This document shows, piece after piece, positions 44,611 through 54,813 of a DNA stretch of 64,000 bases. Position numbers and translations under genes: made by a program. The notes beneath the pieces were generated by a model that saw nothing but the letters and a program-made list of their open reading frames with translations, searched no databases and was not told the DNA's origin. The DNA lies in NCBI GenBank assembly GCA_045627925.1, contig JAZQOS010000075.1, forward strand, positions 4,938-68,937, written 5' to 3'. This DNA is from Kiritimatiellia bacterium. Lineage in GTDB: Bacteria; Verrucomicrobiota; Kiritimatiellia; RFP12; UBA1067. How positions within the stretch are numbered: position 1 is the first letter of the stretch; every line of letters starts with the position of its first letter.

Positions 44611-46148
44611 TTCTTCGAGAAGTATTTTTCGATTTCTTCGAGCGTCTTACCCTTCGTCTCGGGCAAGAAAAATGCCGCCGCAATGAAGTAAATAACCGTG
44701 AATCCTGCGAGGCAGTAAAAGACCGCCGGGAAACCCCATGCGTTCTTCCATGCCGGGAAGATCGAGGCGATCGTCGCCGAAACGCCCTGGTTGATAATCA
44801 TCGCAATCGACATACCCGTCGCACGAATACGTGTAGGCATGAGCTCGGAGAGTGCAAGCCATACGCACACACCAGGTCCAACCGCATAAAACGCGATAAA
44901 CATGAAGAAGAAGATGGTCGCAATCACACCCGTCGTCATCGACGCGGTTACATAGTTCTTCGAGATGACAAGGAACGTCGTCGCAACACCGCAAAGGCCG
45001 AGAATGATGCCCGAAGTACCGAGCTTCAAGAGAAACTTACGTCCCTTCTTGTCAACAAGCGCACAAGCGACAACCGTCATGATGACGTTGACGAGCTTGA
45101 TCGCGAGGTCTGAGAAGTTCGCAAACACGCCTTCCATGCCCGTCGCCTTGAAAATGTCGACCGTGTAGTTGAGAACGGAGTTGATGCCCGTCGTCTGGTT
45201 GCACGCAAGAATGACGACGGCAAGGAGGAACGGATAGATATATTTGCGCTGGAAGAGCGTATCGCCTTTCGCTGCCTTCGCAATCGCCGCCTTTTCTTCT
45301 TCGGCCGCCTTGTCCGCAGCAATCATCTCATCAAGGATGAGCTGCGCCTTTTCCGCACCGTTGTTCGCCGCAAGCGAAGCGAGTGCCGCCTCCTTCTGTC
45401 CCTTCTTGTAGAGCCAGCGCGGGGATTCCTTGAGAAAGAACGCGCCGATGAAAAGGATGAAGCCAGGAACCGCCGAGCACGCGAAAATCGTCTGCCACGC
45501 CGTCGCCCAACCTTTAATCTGCTCAGGGGTAACCCAGCTCTTAATCATTGCGAAAGTCACTTCGAACTTATCCGCCGTAGCTATCGTACCTGCCGCGACC
45601 GCATCTGCCGCCGCCTTATCAATGAAGGGCTTAAGTATCTTGTCGGAATCACCAACCCAGCCAGTTACGACAAGGCCAATCACCGCCGCAAAGGCGAGAC
45701 CGATTGTCAGGAGGAGCTGGAACATGCCCGTACCTTTGCCGCGGCTATCAGAGTCGAGACACTCGGCGAGATACATCGGGATGACGACGCCGACGAGACC
45801 AGCGGACGCGCCTTGCAGCGTACGACCAACGGTAAGGAGCAAAAAGTTGCCACCGTCAAAGAGTCCAGAAAGACAAATTACCGGAATTGAAATGAAGAAA
45901 CAAAAAGCCGAGGCGATGATAATTTTCTTTCTGCCAAACCACTCGGCGAGTGTGCCAGCAAAAAGCGAGGAAAGTACCGACCCCCACAGCACCGCGCCAA
46001 CGATGAAGCCGAGCTGAAGTCCTGAATAGTTCGAGGTGTTCCGAATGTATGGCAGCGCTGCGGCAATAACGCCAACATCAATACCATAAATAAGCCCGCC
46101 AAGTCCAGCCATAATAAGTAGGTATTTAGCATAACCTTTAACTGTCAT
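44607..46148 (-). CDS. MFS sugar porter family transporter
   Basis: GLIYGIDVGVIAAALP, GRKKIII, and PETKGKTLEEIE at the C-terminus. 12 TM with an enlarged central loop. Confidence 0.88.
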   Translation of the reverse strand: MTVKGYAKYLLIMAGLGGLIYGIDVGVIAAALPYIRNTSNYSGLQLGFIVGAVLWGSVLSSLFAGTLAEWFGRKKIIIASAFCFFISIPVICLSGLFDGGNFLLLTVGRTLQGASAGLVGVVIPMYLAECLDSDSRGKGTGMFQLLLTIGLAFAAVIGLVVTGWVGDSDKILKPFIDKAAADAVAAGTIATADKFEVTFAMIKSWVTPEQIKGWATAWQTIFACSAVPGFILFIGAFFLKESPRWLYKKGQKEAALASLAANNGAEKAQLILDEMIAADKAAEEEKAAIAKAAKGDTLFQRKYIYPFLLAVVILACNQTTGINSVLNYTVDIFKATGMEGVFANFSDLAIKLVNVIMTVVACALVDKKGRKFLLKLGTSGIILGLCGVATTFLVISKNYVTASMTTGVIATIFFFMFIAFYAVGPGVCVWLALSELMPTRIRATGMSIAMIINQGVSATIASIFPAWKNAWGFPAVFYCLAGFTVIYFIAAAFFLPETKGKTLEEIEKYFSKK

Positions 46149-46195
46149 AGTTCACTCCTTGTTAGTACTTGATGAGTTTACAACACAACATGCAT

Positions 46196-46204
46196 ATTAT
46201 ATCA
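46196..46204 (-). promoter_or_regulatory. Extended -10 element TGATATAAT upstream of the MFS transporter gene
   Basis: The reverse complement of 46196-46204 is TGATATAAT. Its TGA is also the uvrC stop codon. AAGGAG precedes the transporter ATG. Confidence 0.5.
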
Positions 46205-47674
46205 AATCTTCTCGCCCGACGCATCGTTCGCCGCCCGAAAAACTTCTTCCGCAATTCGCTCGTTCACCCCGGCGACGCGAGCGATTTCCTCGACGCGAGC
46301 ACGGGCGATGCCGTAGATGGAGCGAAACGTCTTTAATAGCTTTACCTTCTTCGCCGGCCCAATACCGGGAATTTCGTCGAGAATCGACTCCCGAATCGAC
46401 TTTTCGCGCAAATTACGATGGTAGGTGATGGCGAAACGATGCGCCTCGTCGCGCAAGCGAGTGAGGACGAAAAGCGCTTCGGAATCGCGCGGCAAAAGCA
46501 AATTGGGCCTGCCGTCGTCCAAAACGATCTCCTCCTGCCTTTCGGCAAGCGCGATAACCGGAATGTCCGCGACCCCGAGTCGCTTGAATTCGCGCCGCGC
46601 CGCCCGAAGTTGGGTAACGCCGCCGTCGCAAACGAAAAGGTCGGCTCGCGGCGAAGTCGAAAGCAAAGTCGAGTCGGGCCCGTAGCGCCGCGCCACCACT
46701 TCGGCCATCGAGCGCGGATCGTCCGCGCCCCTCACCGTCTTGATCTTGAAGTGGCGATAATACCGCCGATCCGGCAAGCCGTCCCTCGCCACCACCAGCG
46801 AAGCGACGGAATCGGTGCCGAAGAGATTGGAGATGTCCGCGCACTCGATGATATGCGGCGGCTTCTCAAGCCCGATCGCCTCGGCGAGCGCCTTAAGTCC
46901 GCCCGCCGCGTCATCCTTGCGCATCTCCGGCGTCTTGCGGACGAAGTGCGCCTTGGTCATCTCCCGCAAGGCGAACGCCGTGTCGCGATATCGCGCCGCG
47001 GCTTCAAAATCGCCCTTCTCCGCCGCCTCGCGCATCTTCGCCTCGACCTCGGCGATCGCCTCGGGGCGCTTGCCGTCGAGAAACGCGCACGCCTCCTCGA
47101 AGCGCGCGCGATACTCGCGCTCGTCTATCCGTCCGAGGCACGGCGCGCTGCAAGTGCGAATTACGTCCGCGAGACAATGGCGATGGGTTTCGCCGTCCGG
47201 CGCGATCGCATCGCACTCGCGAATACCGTAATGCTTCTCGACGAAATCCTTGGCGGCGCGCACCACCGGCGCCGAGGGGAAGGGTCCGAAGTACCGCGCC
47301 CCGTCGTCGCGCACGATCCGGCAACAGGCGAAACGCGGCCAGACGGCGTTCGGATCCGCCCTTAGCGCGAGATAGCGCTTGTCGTCGCGCATCAGAATGT
47401 TGAAATGCGGCTTGTACTTCTTGATGAGCGAGGCCTCGGTCAAAAGCGACTCCGCCTCGTTCTTCACCGTCATAAACTCGAAATCGTGGACGCTCGCCAC
47501 CATCGAACGCACCTTGGGCGCGTGCTTCGCGTTGGGGCGGAAGTAGGAGCTTACGCGGCGCTTGAGGTTCTTCGCCTTCCCGATGTAAATAATGACGCCC
47601 CGGCGATCTCGCATGAGATAACAGCCGGGGCGATTGGGAACGGTTTTAAGCCGCTCTCGAATAAGCTCGTTCAG
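46202..47674 (-). CDS. uvrC: Excinuclease ABC subunit C
   Basis: GIY-YIG (PGCYLMRD..GVIIYIGKAKNLKRRVSSYF), UVR domain, endonuclease V-like domain and C-terminal (HhH)2. The ORF-track ATG at 47614 cuts into GIY-YIG. The in-frame extension LNELIRERLKTVPNRPGCYL suggests a non-ATG start, with CTG at 47674 overlapping the tatA stop. Confidence 0.85.
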   Translation of the reverse strand: MNELIRERLKTVPNRPGCYLMRDRRGVIIYIGKAKNLKRRVSSYFRPNAKHAPKVRSMVASVHDFEFMTVKNEAESLLTEASLIKKYKPHFNILMRDDKRYLALRADPNAVWPRFACCRIVRDDGARYFGPFPSAPVVRAAKDFVEKHYGIRECDAIAPDGETHRHCLADVIRTCSAPCLGRIDEREYRARFEEACAFLDGKRPEAIAEVEAKMREAAEKGDFEAAARYRDTAFALREMTKAHFVRKTPEMRKDDAAGGLKALAEAIGLEKPPHIIECADISNLFGTDSVASLVVARDGLPDRRYYRHFKIKTVRGADDPRSMAEVVARRYGPDSTLLSTSPRADLFVCDGGVTQLRAARREFKRLGVADIPVIALAERQEEIVLDDGRPNLLLPRDSEALFVLTRLRDEAHRFAITYHRNLREKSIRESILDEIPGIGPAKKVKLLKTFRSIYGIARARVEEIARVAGVNERIAEEVFRAANDASGEKI

Positions 47675-47841
47675 GCCTGCTCCTTCTTCGACTCTTCGGG
47701 CTTCTCGCCCTCCGCGAGGCCCTTCTTGAATTCACCCTTGGCCTTGCCGAGCGAACGCGCGAGCTCGGGAATCTTCCGCGCTCCGAAAAGCACGAAGACG
47801 ATCAATACGATGATTACGATTTGCCAGATTCCGGGTCTCAT
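47671..47841 (-). CDS. tatA: Twin-arginine translocase subunit TatA/E (56 aa, not in ORF track)
   Basis: Hand translation gives MRPGIWQIVIIVLIVFVLFGARKIPELARSLGKAKGEFKKGLAEGEKPEESKKEQA*. AGGAG precedes the ATG. Confidence 0.85.
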   Translation of the reverse strand: MRPGIWQIVIIVLIVFVLFGARKIPELARSLGKAKGEFKKGLAEGEKPEESKKEQA

Positions 47842-47874
47842 GCTGCGATCTCCTTGATTTCAATTGACGCTATC

Positions 47875-47883
47875 ATTATACCA
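47875..47883 (-). promoter_or_regulatory. Extended -10 element TGGTATAAT upstream of tatA
   Basis: The reverse complement of 47875-47883 is TGGTATAAT, about 34 nt upstream of the tatA ATG. Confidence 0.5.
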
Positions 47884-47886
47884 TAT

Positions 47887-48525
47887 TTACCGGTCATATT
47901 GCTTCATTTCCTCTTGCACCCGTCGTTTGGTCGCCGCGTCGGGAGCGACGACGATTCCCCGCAAACGATACGGCGCCCAGTCGTTCGTCCAAGTGGTGTC
48001 GCGAAAAGGTTCGTCGAATTTCGCCTGATCCGGCATGACGTCGTCGGTGGTGCCGGCGCGTCCGTCCGCGCCCTTCGAGTAAAGCACGGGATGTCCGCCC
48101 TCGGCGCGTCGCTCGTAAACGTAGTCGTTGCCCCACGGATCGGGAACGATGTGATTGACGTAGGGTCCGTCCCAGCCCGCCTTCGGATACGATTTCAGCG
48201 CCAACACCCCAAGCCCCTCCTCGTTCGAGGGATAATCGCCAACGTGAAACTTGTACCGCCCGAGCGCCACCGAAAGCGAGTCGACCGCCTTGCGCGCGTT
48301 GAGCGCGTTCCGCTCGATTCGCGCCTTGCCGAGCGTGAGCTTGCCGTCCTTCGCCGCCGAGAGGACGAGCCCGCCGACCACGAGCAAGACGAGAATCACG
48401 ATGGCGTAAAAAACCGGGCCTTTCCGAAGATTGGGCGCGCCACCGGAAAGCTCCGCCTTCTTGAGCTCGTACTCGCGCGCAATCGCCTTGATCGCCGCGC
48501 GGCTGGATTTCTTTTTCGGAATCAT
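47887..48525 (-). CDS. GspG-like (type II secretion pseudopilin fold) protein with non-canonical N-terminus
   Basis: From the Met at 48525. The C-terminal domain has GWDGPYVNHIVPDPWGNDYVYE....LYSKGADGRAGTTDDV, typical of T2SS protein G. The N-terminus is a 35-aa basic tail plus a TM helix and lacks the G/FTLxE prepilin motif. Confidence 0.75.
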   Translation of the reverse strand: MIPKKKSSRAAIKAIAREYELKKAELSGGAPNLRKGPVFYAIVILVLLVVGGLVLSAAKDGKLTLGKARIERNALNARKAVDSLSVALGRYKFHVGDYPSNEEGLGVLALKSYPKAGWDGPYVNHIVPDPWGNDYVYERRAEGGHPVLYSKGADGRAGTTDDVMPDQAKFDEPFRDTTWTNDWAPYRLRGIVVAPDAATKRRVQEEMKQYDR

Positions 48526-49997
48526 TTCTCGACGTTGTCGCGCCAAACGACGTTGTCCGTGGAAATCCACGACTGCAGCCGCTTGCCGGGGCACTTGAAG
48601 ACGTTCTTCTCGACGGTGATGTTCGCGTGATAGGCCGACTTCTGGGCCTTCAGATTCTTCACCATCGGATAGGCGGTGATGACCGCGTCGCAAAACTGGT
48701 AGCCGGAGGTAAGACAATCGACGAAGGTATTGCCCCGGATCGTCACGTCGCGGCAAGCTCCGGACTCGTACCAACCCGCCGCATCTCCCGCAAGCAGAAT
48801 CGCACTTCCCGAAACGTGGTCGAAGAGATTGTTCTCGACGAGCACCGGTTTGTTGGTGGTGAACAGCGTTCCACGCGCGCGATTGTTCGCGACCTTGTTG
48901 CCGGAAAAGACGACCGAGGGCTGCCAATCGGCGTTCTCCACCGCGTCGCCGACCTCGTAGCCGGCGAGCGCCTTCGCGTCATCGACGGTAATGATCGCCG
49001 TGCGCGGATCGGGCATTTCAAAGGCAACGACCTTCGTCTCCGAGCCGTTCTCCAGCGTATTCGCGCGAATGAAGCGCAGCGTCTCGCCCGGCGCGAAGGT
49101 CTCGAAGCCGATGGATTGGCCGTGGACGTAGCGACAGCGGAATTTGTTTGCGCCGAGCTTCTCCTCGATTCGCAGACAGGTGCAGTGGACGTTGATCGCG
49201 TCGTCCATCATTCCGGCGAAGTAGGAGTTCTTGAAGATGATCTTGCCGCGGCAATTGGAGAAGTGGGTCGCATCCGCGGTAGTCGAGCAAATCGACCCTT
49301 CACGCGGACAAACGCCGCCGTTCAGAAAGGCGATGTCGCTCGAACGCTGGCCCAAGACGCCCATGCCGTGCGCGGCGTGGATGAACACCTTGTCCATCTT
49401 GGTGCGATTGGCGCGGTAAAGGCAAATCGCCGGTTCGGGACGCCGCCCCGTGCGATAGGAGACGAAGTCGCCGATCTTCGCCTTCTCCTTGCGGAACCAG
49501 TCGCCGGTTTCGGGGACGATGGATTTCGTGTCCTTGTCCCACAACATTCTGATCGGCGCCTCGCCGTAGCACCCTTTCACAACCCATTCGGTTTCGAGCT
49601 CGCCGTCCGGCTTGATCGCCGTGATGCGCGACTCGCTGACCGTCGTCTCCGCCCAATCGACGGAAATGTTCTCCAAAACGACGTCGCTGGTGTCCATAAG
49701 CAGGATGCCGAGCGATTCGCCATGGAAGACGAACTTCGCGCCCTTGCCCTTGCCGCGCACCTTGAAGTTCTTCACGCCCTCGATCGGCAGTTGCACCGTG
49801 CGGGGAATCGGCTGGTCGTGGTTGGAGATGTAGAACGACGGATGCTTCGCCGAGGCGTTGTAGAAGTGGTAGGTTCCCTCCTCCAGCCGGATTTCGGAGT
49901 CGCTTTTAACCGCTTTCACGAACTTGTCCGTCATATCCGCTTCACCGTTGGGCGAGAGGTTGACGACGGCGGCGAGCGCGAGCGCAACGAATTGCAT
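48522..49997 (-). CDS. Secreted right-handed parallel beta-helix protein, putative glycoside hydrolase
   Basis: 491 aa with signal-like MQFVALALAAVVNL and repeated beta-helix turns (N.F.....I.V...). A GH110-like call is my impression only. Confidence 0.7.
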   Translation of the reverse strand: MQFVALALAAVVNLSPNGEADMTDKFVKAVKSDSEIRLEEGTYHFYNASAKHPSFYISNHDQPIPRTVQLPIEGVKNFKVRGKGKGAKFVFHGESLGILLMDTSDVVLENISVDWAETTVSESRITAIKPDGELETEWVVKGCYGEAPIRMLWDKDTKSIVPETGDWFRKEKAKIGDFVSYRTGRRPEPAICLYRANRTKMDKVFIHAAHGMGVLGQRSSDIAFLNGGVCPREGSICSTTADATHFSNCRGKIIFKNSYFAGMMDDAINVHCTCLRIEEKLGANKFRCRYVHGQSIGFETFAPGETLRFIRANTLENGSETKVVAFEMPDPRTAIITVDDAKALAGYEVGDAVENADWQPSVVFSGNKVANNRARGTLFTTNKPVLVENNLFDHVSGSAILLAGDAAGWYESGACRDVTIRGNTFVDCLTSGYQFCDAVITAYPMVKNLKAQKSAYHANITVEKNVFKCPGKRLQSWISTDNVVWRDNVEK

Positions 49998-49998
49998 C

Positions 49999-51315
<1,317 letters not shown>

Positions 51316-51316
51316 T

Positions 51317-53275
51317 TCACCATCTCCTCGTCATCATCGGATTAAATAGAACTCTTCGCGTTTCCAGAAGCTCCTCGGGGATTTCCTTGACGAAAACCGA
51401 GCTCTCCACCGGAAACACTCCGCCATCAGCGGTTTTGCGAATTTGCGGCGAATAGAGGTAGAGCCGATCCTTCGCCCGCGTAAGCGCCACGTAGAAAAGC
51501 CGCCGCTCCTCGTCCATTCTTCCCTCTTCCGCGGCCTTGCCGCTCGGAAACATCCCTTCCGAAAGCCACGGCACCATCACCACCGGCCACTCCATTCCCT
51601 TCGCCTGATGAACCGTCGAAAGCGTGACCTCGTCGGCATCACAGTCATTGCGCCGATCATCCAGATTGGTTAATAGCGCCACGTCCGCGAGAAAGCCATC
51701 GAGCCCGTTTTCGTTGTCCGCGATTTGGCTCGCGAGTTCCTTGATGTCGTTGAGCCGATCCTCCGCTTCCGTCTCCTCCCACTCGCGACCGAGATGATCT
51801 TCGTAAAATAGATCGCAAAAATCCTCAATAATCTCGCCAATCGCGTTCTCCTCCAGATGTTCGGCGGCGGCCTCGAAGCACTTGGCGAGCGGCTTCCAGT
51901 AGGGCTTCGCCTTCGCGCCCAAAAGCGCGTCGAGCGCATCGCGATCTTCCTTGCGGTTGCCGTCGAAGCGATGGGCGAGTTTATCCCAGATCTTCTTCGC
52001 TCCCTTCTCGCCCACGCCCGGCAAAAGGCAAATGAAGCGCAAAAACGAGAGTTCGTCCACAGGATTGACAACGAGCCGCAGATACGCGAGAACGTCCTTT
52101 ACGTGCAGTTGCTCGAACACGCCCACGCCCGAAGTGATCCTGAACGGAACTCGCATCCGCGTCAGCATCATCTGGATTTTGATCGACTGGAAATGGCTGC
52201 GATAGAGGACTGCGATGTCGCGGAAGCGATAGCCGTATTCGCGCAATCGTCCGATCGTCCGCACAATTTCGCTCGCCTGCACTTCGTCGTCGTAGACCTT
52301 CGCGAGCGCGGGCTTCTCGCCCGAATCCGCGCGCGTCGGCCGTAGCACCTTTTCGAATTGCGACGGCGCGTCCTTCATAACCGCGTTCGCGACGTCGAGA
52401 ACGCCGGGAACCGAACGGTAGTTACGCTCGAGTTTGACGATCTTGCAACCCCGCCAGCGATTCGGAAACTCCATGATGTTCGAGATTTGCGCCCCGCGCC
52501 AGGTGTAGATGCACTGGAAGTCGTCCCCAACCGCCATCAAATTACGGTGCTTGGCGGCAATAAGATCGGTGAACTCCGCCTGCAGGCCGTTGGTGTCCTG
52601 GTACTCGTCGACGAGGACGTGGAGGAAGTGTTCCTGCAAAAGTTCGCGGACGTTCGCCTTCTCCTTCAAAAGCCGCAATCCGTTCACGAGCAGATCGTCG
52701 AAATCCATCGCGCCGAGCTCGAGTTTGCGCGCGGCGTACTTTTCGGCGACCTTGACGATTTCGTCCGGGTCGACTCCCGCGGTCTTGGTCTGCCAACGCG
52801 AAGCGATGTCTCCGACTTCTCGCCCTTCGTTCGCCGCCTCGGAAATCATCTTCGCAACAAGCTCCTTCTTCGGAAAGTCCTTGGGATCGGGAACGGTCGA
52901 TTTGATGATGTCGCCGACGAGCTTTCGCTGATCGTCCTCGTCCAAAATCTGAAAACCATGTTCGTAGCCGAGCACGCCGCCGTAGCGTCGCAAAAAGCGC
53001 GAACAAATCGAGTGAAACGTTCCCGACCAGATGGACGCGACCGCGTCGCCGGAGACCTGCCGAGCGCGTTCGAGCATTTCCCGCGCCGCGCGGTTGGTAA
53101 AGGTCAAAAGCAATATCCGCTCCGCCGGGACTCCACGCTCGACGAGACAGGCAACGCGATGGACGAGCGTGCGGGTCTTGCCGGTTCCCGCCGCCGCCAA
53201 AACGAGCAACGGCCCGTCGCCCGCAGTAGCCGCCGCGCACTGCTCCGGGTTCAGCAATCGGGAGAAATCAGTCAC
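51317..53275 (-). CDS. UvrD/PcrA/Rep-family ATP-dependent DNA helicase
   Basis: LNPEQ..A......LLVLAAAGTGKT (motifs Q and I), LLLTFTNRAA, VDEYQDTN, YRS, and TVHQAKGMEW..V. Confidence 0.9.
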   Translation of the reverse strand: MTDFSRLLNPEQCAAATAGDGPLLVLAAAGTGKTRTLVHRVACLVERGVPAERILLLTFTNRAAREMLERARQVSGDAVASIWSGTFHSICSRFLRRYGGVLGYEHGFQILDEDDQRKLVGDIIKSTVPDPKDFPKKELVAKMISEAANEGREVGDIASRWQTKTAGVDPDEIVKVAEKYAARKLELGAMDFDDLLVNGLRLLKEKANVRELLQEHFLHVLVDEYQDTNGLQAEFTDLIAAKHRNLMAVGDDFQCIYTWRGAQISNIMEFPNRWRGCKIVKLERNYRSVPGVLDVANAVMKDAPSQFEKVLRPTRADSGEKPALAKVYDDEVQASEIVRTIGRLREYGYRFRDIAVLYRSHFQSIKIQMMLTRMRVPFRITSGVGVFEQLHVKDVLAYLRLVVNPVDELSFLRFICLLPGVGEKGAKKIWDKLAHRFDGNRKEDRDALDALLGAKAKPYWKPLAKCFEAAAEHLEENAIGEIIEDFCDLFYEDHLGREWEETEAEDRLNDIKELASQIADNENGLDGFLADVALLTNLDDRRNDCDADEVTLSTVHQAKGMEWPVVMVPWLSEGMFPSGKAAEEGRMDEERRLFYVALTRAKDRLYLYSPQIRKTADGGVFPVESSVFVKEIPEELLETRRVLFNPMMTRRW

Positions 53276-53973
53276 TTCCCGCTCGTCAGAAAGGCGGTGG
53301 CGTCCGCTATCGCGCGATCAGTCAGTGCCGAGAGGCACCAGACGAGCATATAATTGCCGGAGGTCTTGTCGCATCCGGCGATGCCGAAGATCGGAATAAG
53401 GCCGAAGACATTGGTTTCGTAACGCTGGGTATATTCGCGATGAAAGACGAGTTCGCCCGTGCGATTGTCGCGAAGGCGCAGCTTCGCCGTCCATTCCTCG
53501 GCCGAATAGTCGAGAAAGAACACCGAACAGATCATCCAAAGCGCGCCTTTCGCCCGATCCGCCGAAGTCACGAATGGCCCGGAGAAACTTACCTCAATCG
53601 TCCAATCGGGAGTGTTCGCGGCGACGACGTAGCCCGCATCCTCGAGCTTCTCGCGGGCACGCTTCAGAAACATGTCGGTCTTGCGGTCGGAGGCGATGGT
53701 AGCCGTGGTGGAGACGACATCAAAGCCGCCAGGGTAGTAGTGGTGGTGGCCGAAACCCCCGGTCGAGTAGACGGTGCTGTATCCGTGCATGGTCGAATAC
53801 TCCACGATCGTCGCCTCGAAACCACTTACGCCTACCGAGATTGCGCCCTTATCGGTCTTGGGAGAACGCATGAGGGCGACATCGGGGTACTTGCTTTCAT
53901 TGAAAGTCCAACAACCGATCGACAGCGTCGCAATCGACAGCGTCGACAAAACAAAAAATATCCTCTTCATCAT
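53272..53973 (-). CDS. Lipoprotein, function unknown
   Basis: From the Met at 53973: MMKRIFFVLSTLSIATLSIGC lipobox. The ORF-track N-terminal extension runs through the tRNA-Pro gene and is rejected. Confidence 0.75.
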   Translation of the reverse strand: MMKRIFFVLSTLSIATLSIGCWTFNESKYPDVALMRSPKTDKGAISVGVSGFEATIVEYSTMHGYSTVYSTGGFGHHHYYPGGFDVVSTTATIASDRKTDMFLKRAREKLEDAGYVVAANTPDWTIEVSFSGPFVTSADRAKGALWMICSVFFLDYSAEEWTAKLRLRDNRTGELVFHREYTQRYETNVFGLIPIFGIAGCDKTSGNYMLVWCLSALTDRAIADATAFLTSGK

Positions 53974-53980
53974 AGAAGAT

Positions 53981-53989
53981 ATTATACCA
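53981..53989 (-). promoter_or_regulatory. Extended -10 element TGGTATAAT only 7 nt from the lipoprotein ATG (possible leaderless mRNA)
   Basis: The reverse complement of 53981-53989 is TGGTATAAT. The ATG lies at 53973-53971. Confidence 0.45.
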
Positions 53990-53998
53990 TATCGGGAT

Positions 53999-54075
53999 TG
54001 GTCGGAGCGGAGGGATTTGAACCCTCGGCCTTTTGCTCCCGAAGCAAACGCGCTACCAGGCTGCGCTACGCTCCG
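53999..54075 (-). tRNA. tRNA-Pro (anticodon CGG)
   Basis: The reverse complement is CGGAGCG-TA-GCGC..GCGC-G-TTTGC-TTCGGGA-GCAAA-AGGCC-GAGGG-TTCAAAT-CCCTC-CGCTCCG-A-CCA. Confidence 0.9.
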
Positions 54076-54109
54076 ACTGGATTTCGCCAAATTCGCGAAA
54101 ACGGGGCGT

Positions 54110-54138
54110 ATTATACGCTTTTCCGTTTTCGGTGTCAA
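54110..54138 (-). promoter_or_regulatory. Consensus sigma-70 promoter of tRNA-Pro(CGG) (TTGACA-17-TATAAT)
   Basis: The reverse complement reads TTGACA ccgaaaacggaaaagcg TATAAT acgcccc, with both hexamers perfect and a GC-rich discriminator. Confidence 0.75.
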
Positions 54139-54174
54139 CGGCGCGCATGCCACCCCGATTTTAAAGCTATGCCT

Positions 54175-54813
54175 TTATAATTCGTCGAGAACCGAAACTA
54201 GCGATTCCGGAGTAACAAACTCGCCCCTCATCCTAAGAATCATCAATCGCTCAACGAGCATTCGCTCAAACTTCGAAAGATGAACACCCTCTTTTCTGTC
54301 TTCCAAAACTTTTAATACATTTTCCGGTGTCATCTTCGCCCTCTCCGGCTTTTTCGACGCCACATGCTCAATAAGCAACTGAACAACGGAACCGATCGGA
54401 ACAAATATTTTTGCAAAAACGGACCAAATTGGGGCCAAATGCAAAAGCCGTCTAAGCGGACGCGCCGAGCATAATAGCTTCGGTAGAAATTCTCCCATAA
54501 ATAGCAATAAAATCGCCGCGCCGAATGAAAATATTAGAGTCATTATGGAAGACTCGGGGAAAAGTAGCGCTCCAAGCGCCGACATGCTGGAAGAATAAGT
54601 AACGTTCGCAAGATTATTTCCCACGAGGATTGCCGTTGTAGTGCGGCCCAAATCCGAAATCGCCTTGAAAATAACCTTTGCCCGCAATCCTCCTTCGCGA
54701 GCCACATGCAAAACGCGTCCTCGACTCACCGACAAAAATCCCATCTCCACCCCGGAACAAAACGCCGAAGCCGCCAATGCCAAAACCGCAACTACAAAGA
54801 GAACTACTGTCAT
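54175..54813 (-). CDS. DUF21 (CNNM transmembrane domain) protein without CBS/CorC domains
   Basis: 212 aa. SGVEMGFLSV...ILVGNNLANV is the DUF21 signature. AT-richer than the surroundings. Confidence 0.75.
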   Translation of the reverse strand: MTVVLFVVAVLALAASAFCSGVEMGFLSVSRGRVLHVAREGGLRAKVIFKAISDLGRTTTAILVGNNLANVTYSSSMSALGALLFPESSIMTLIFSFGAAILLLFMGEFLPKLLCSARPLRRLLHLAPIWSVFAKIFVPIGSVVQLLIEHVASKKPERAKMTPENVLKVLEDRKEGVHLSKFERMLVERLMILRMRGEFVTPESLVSVLDEL

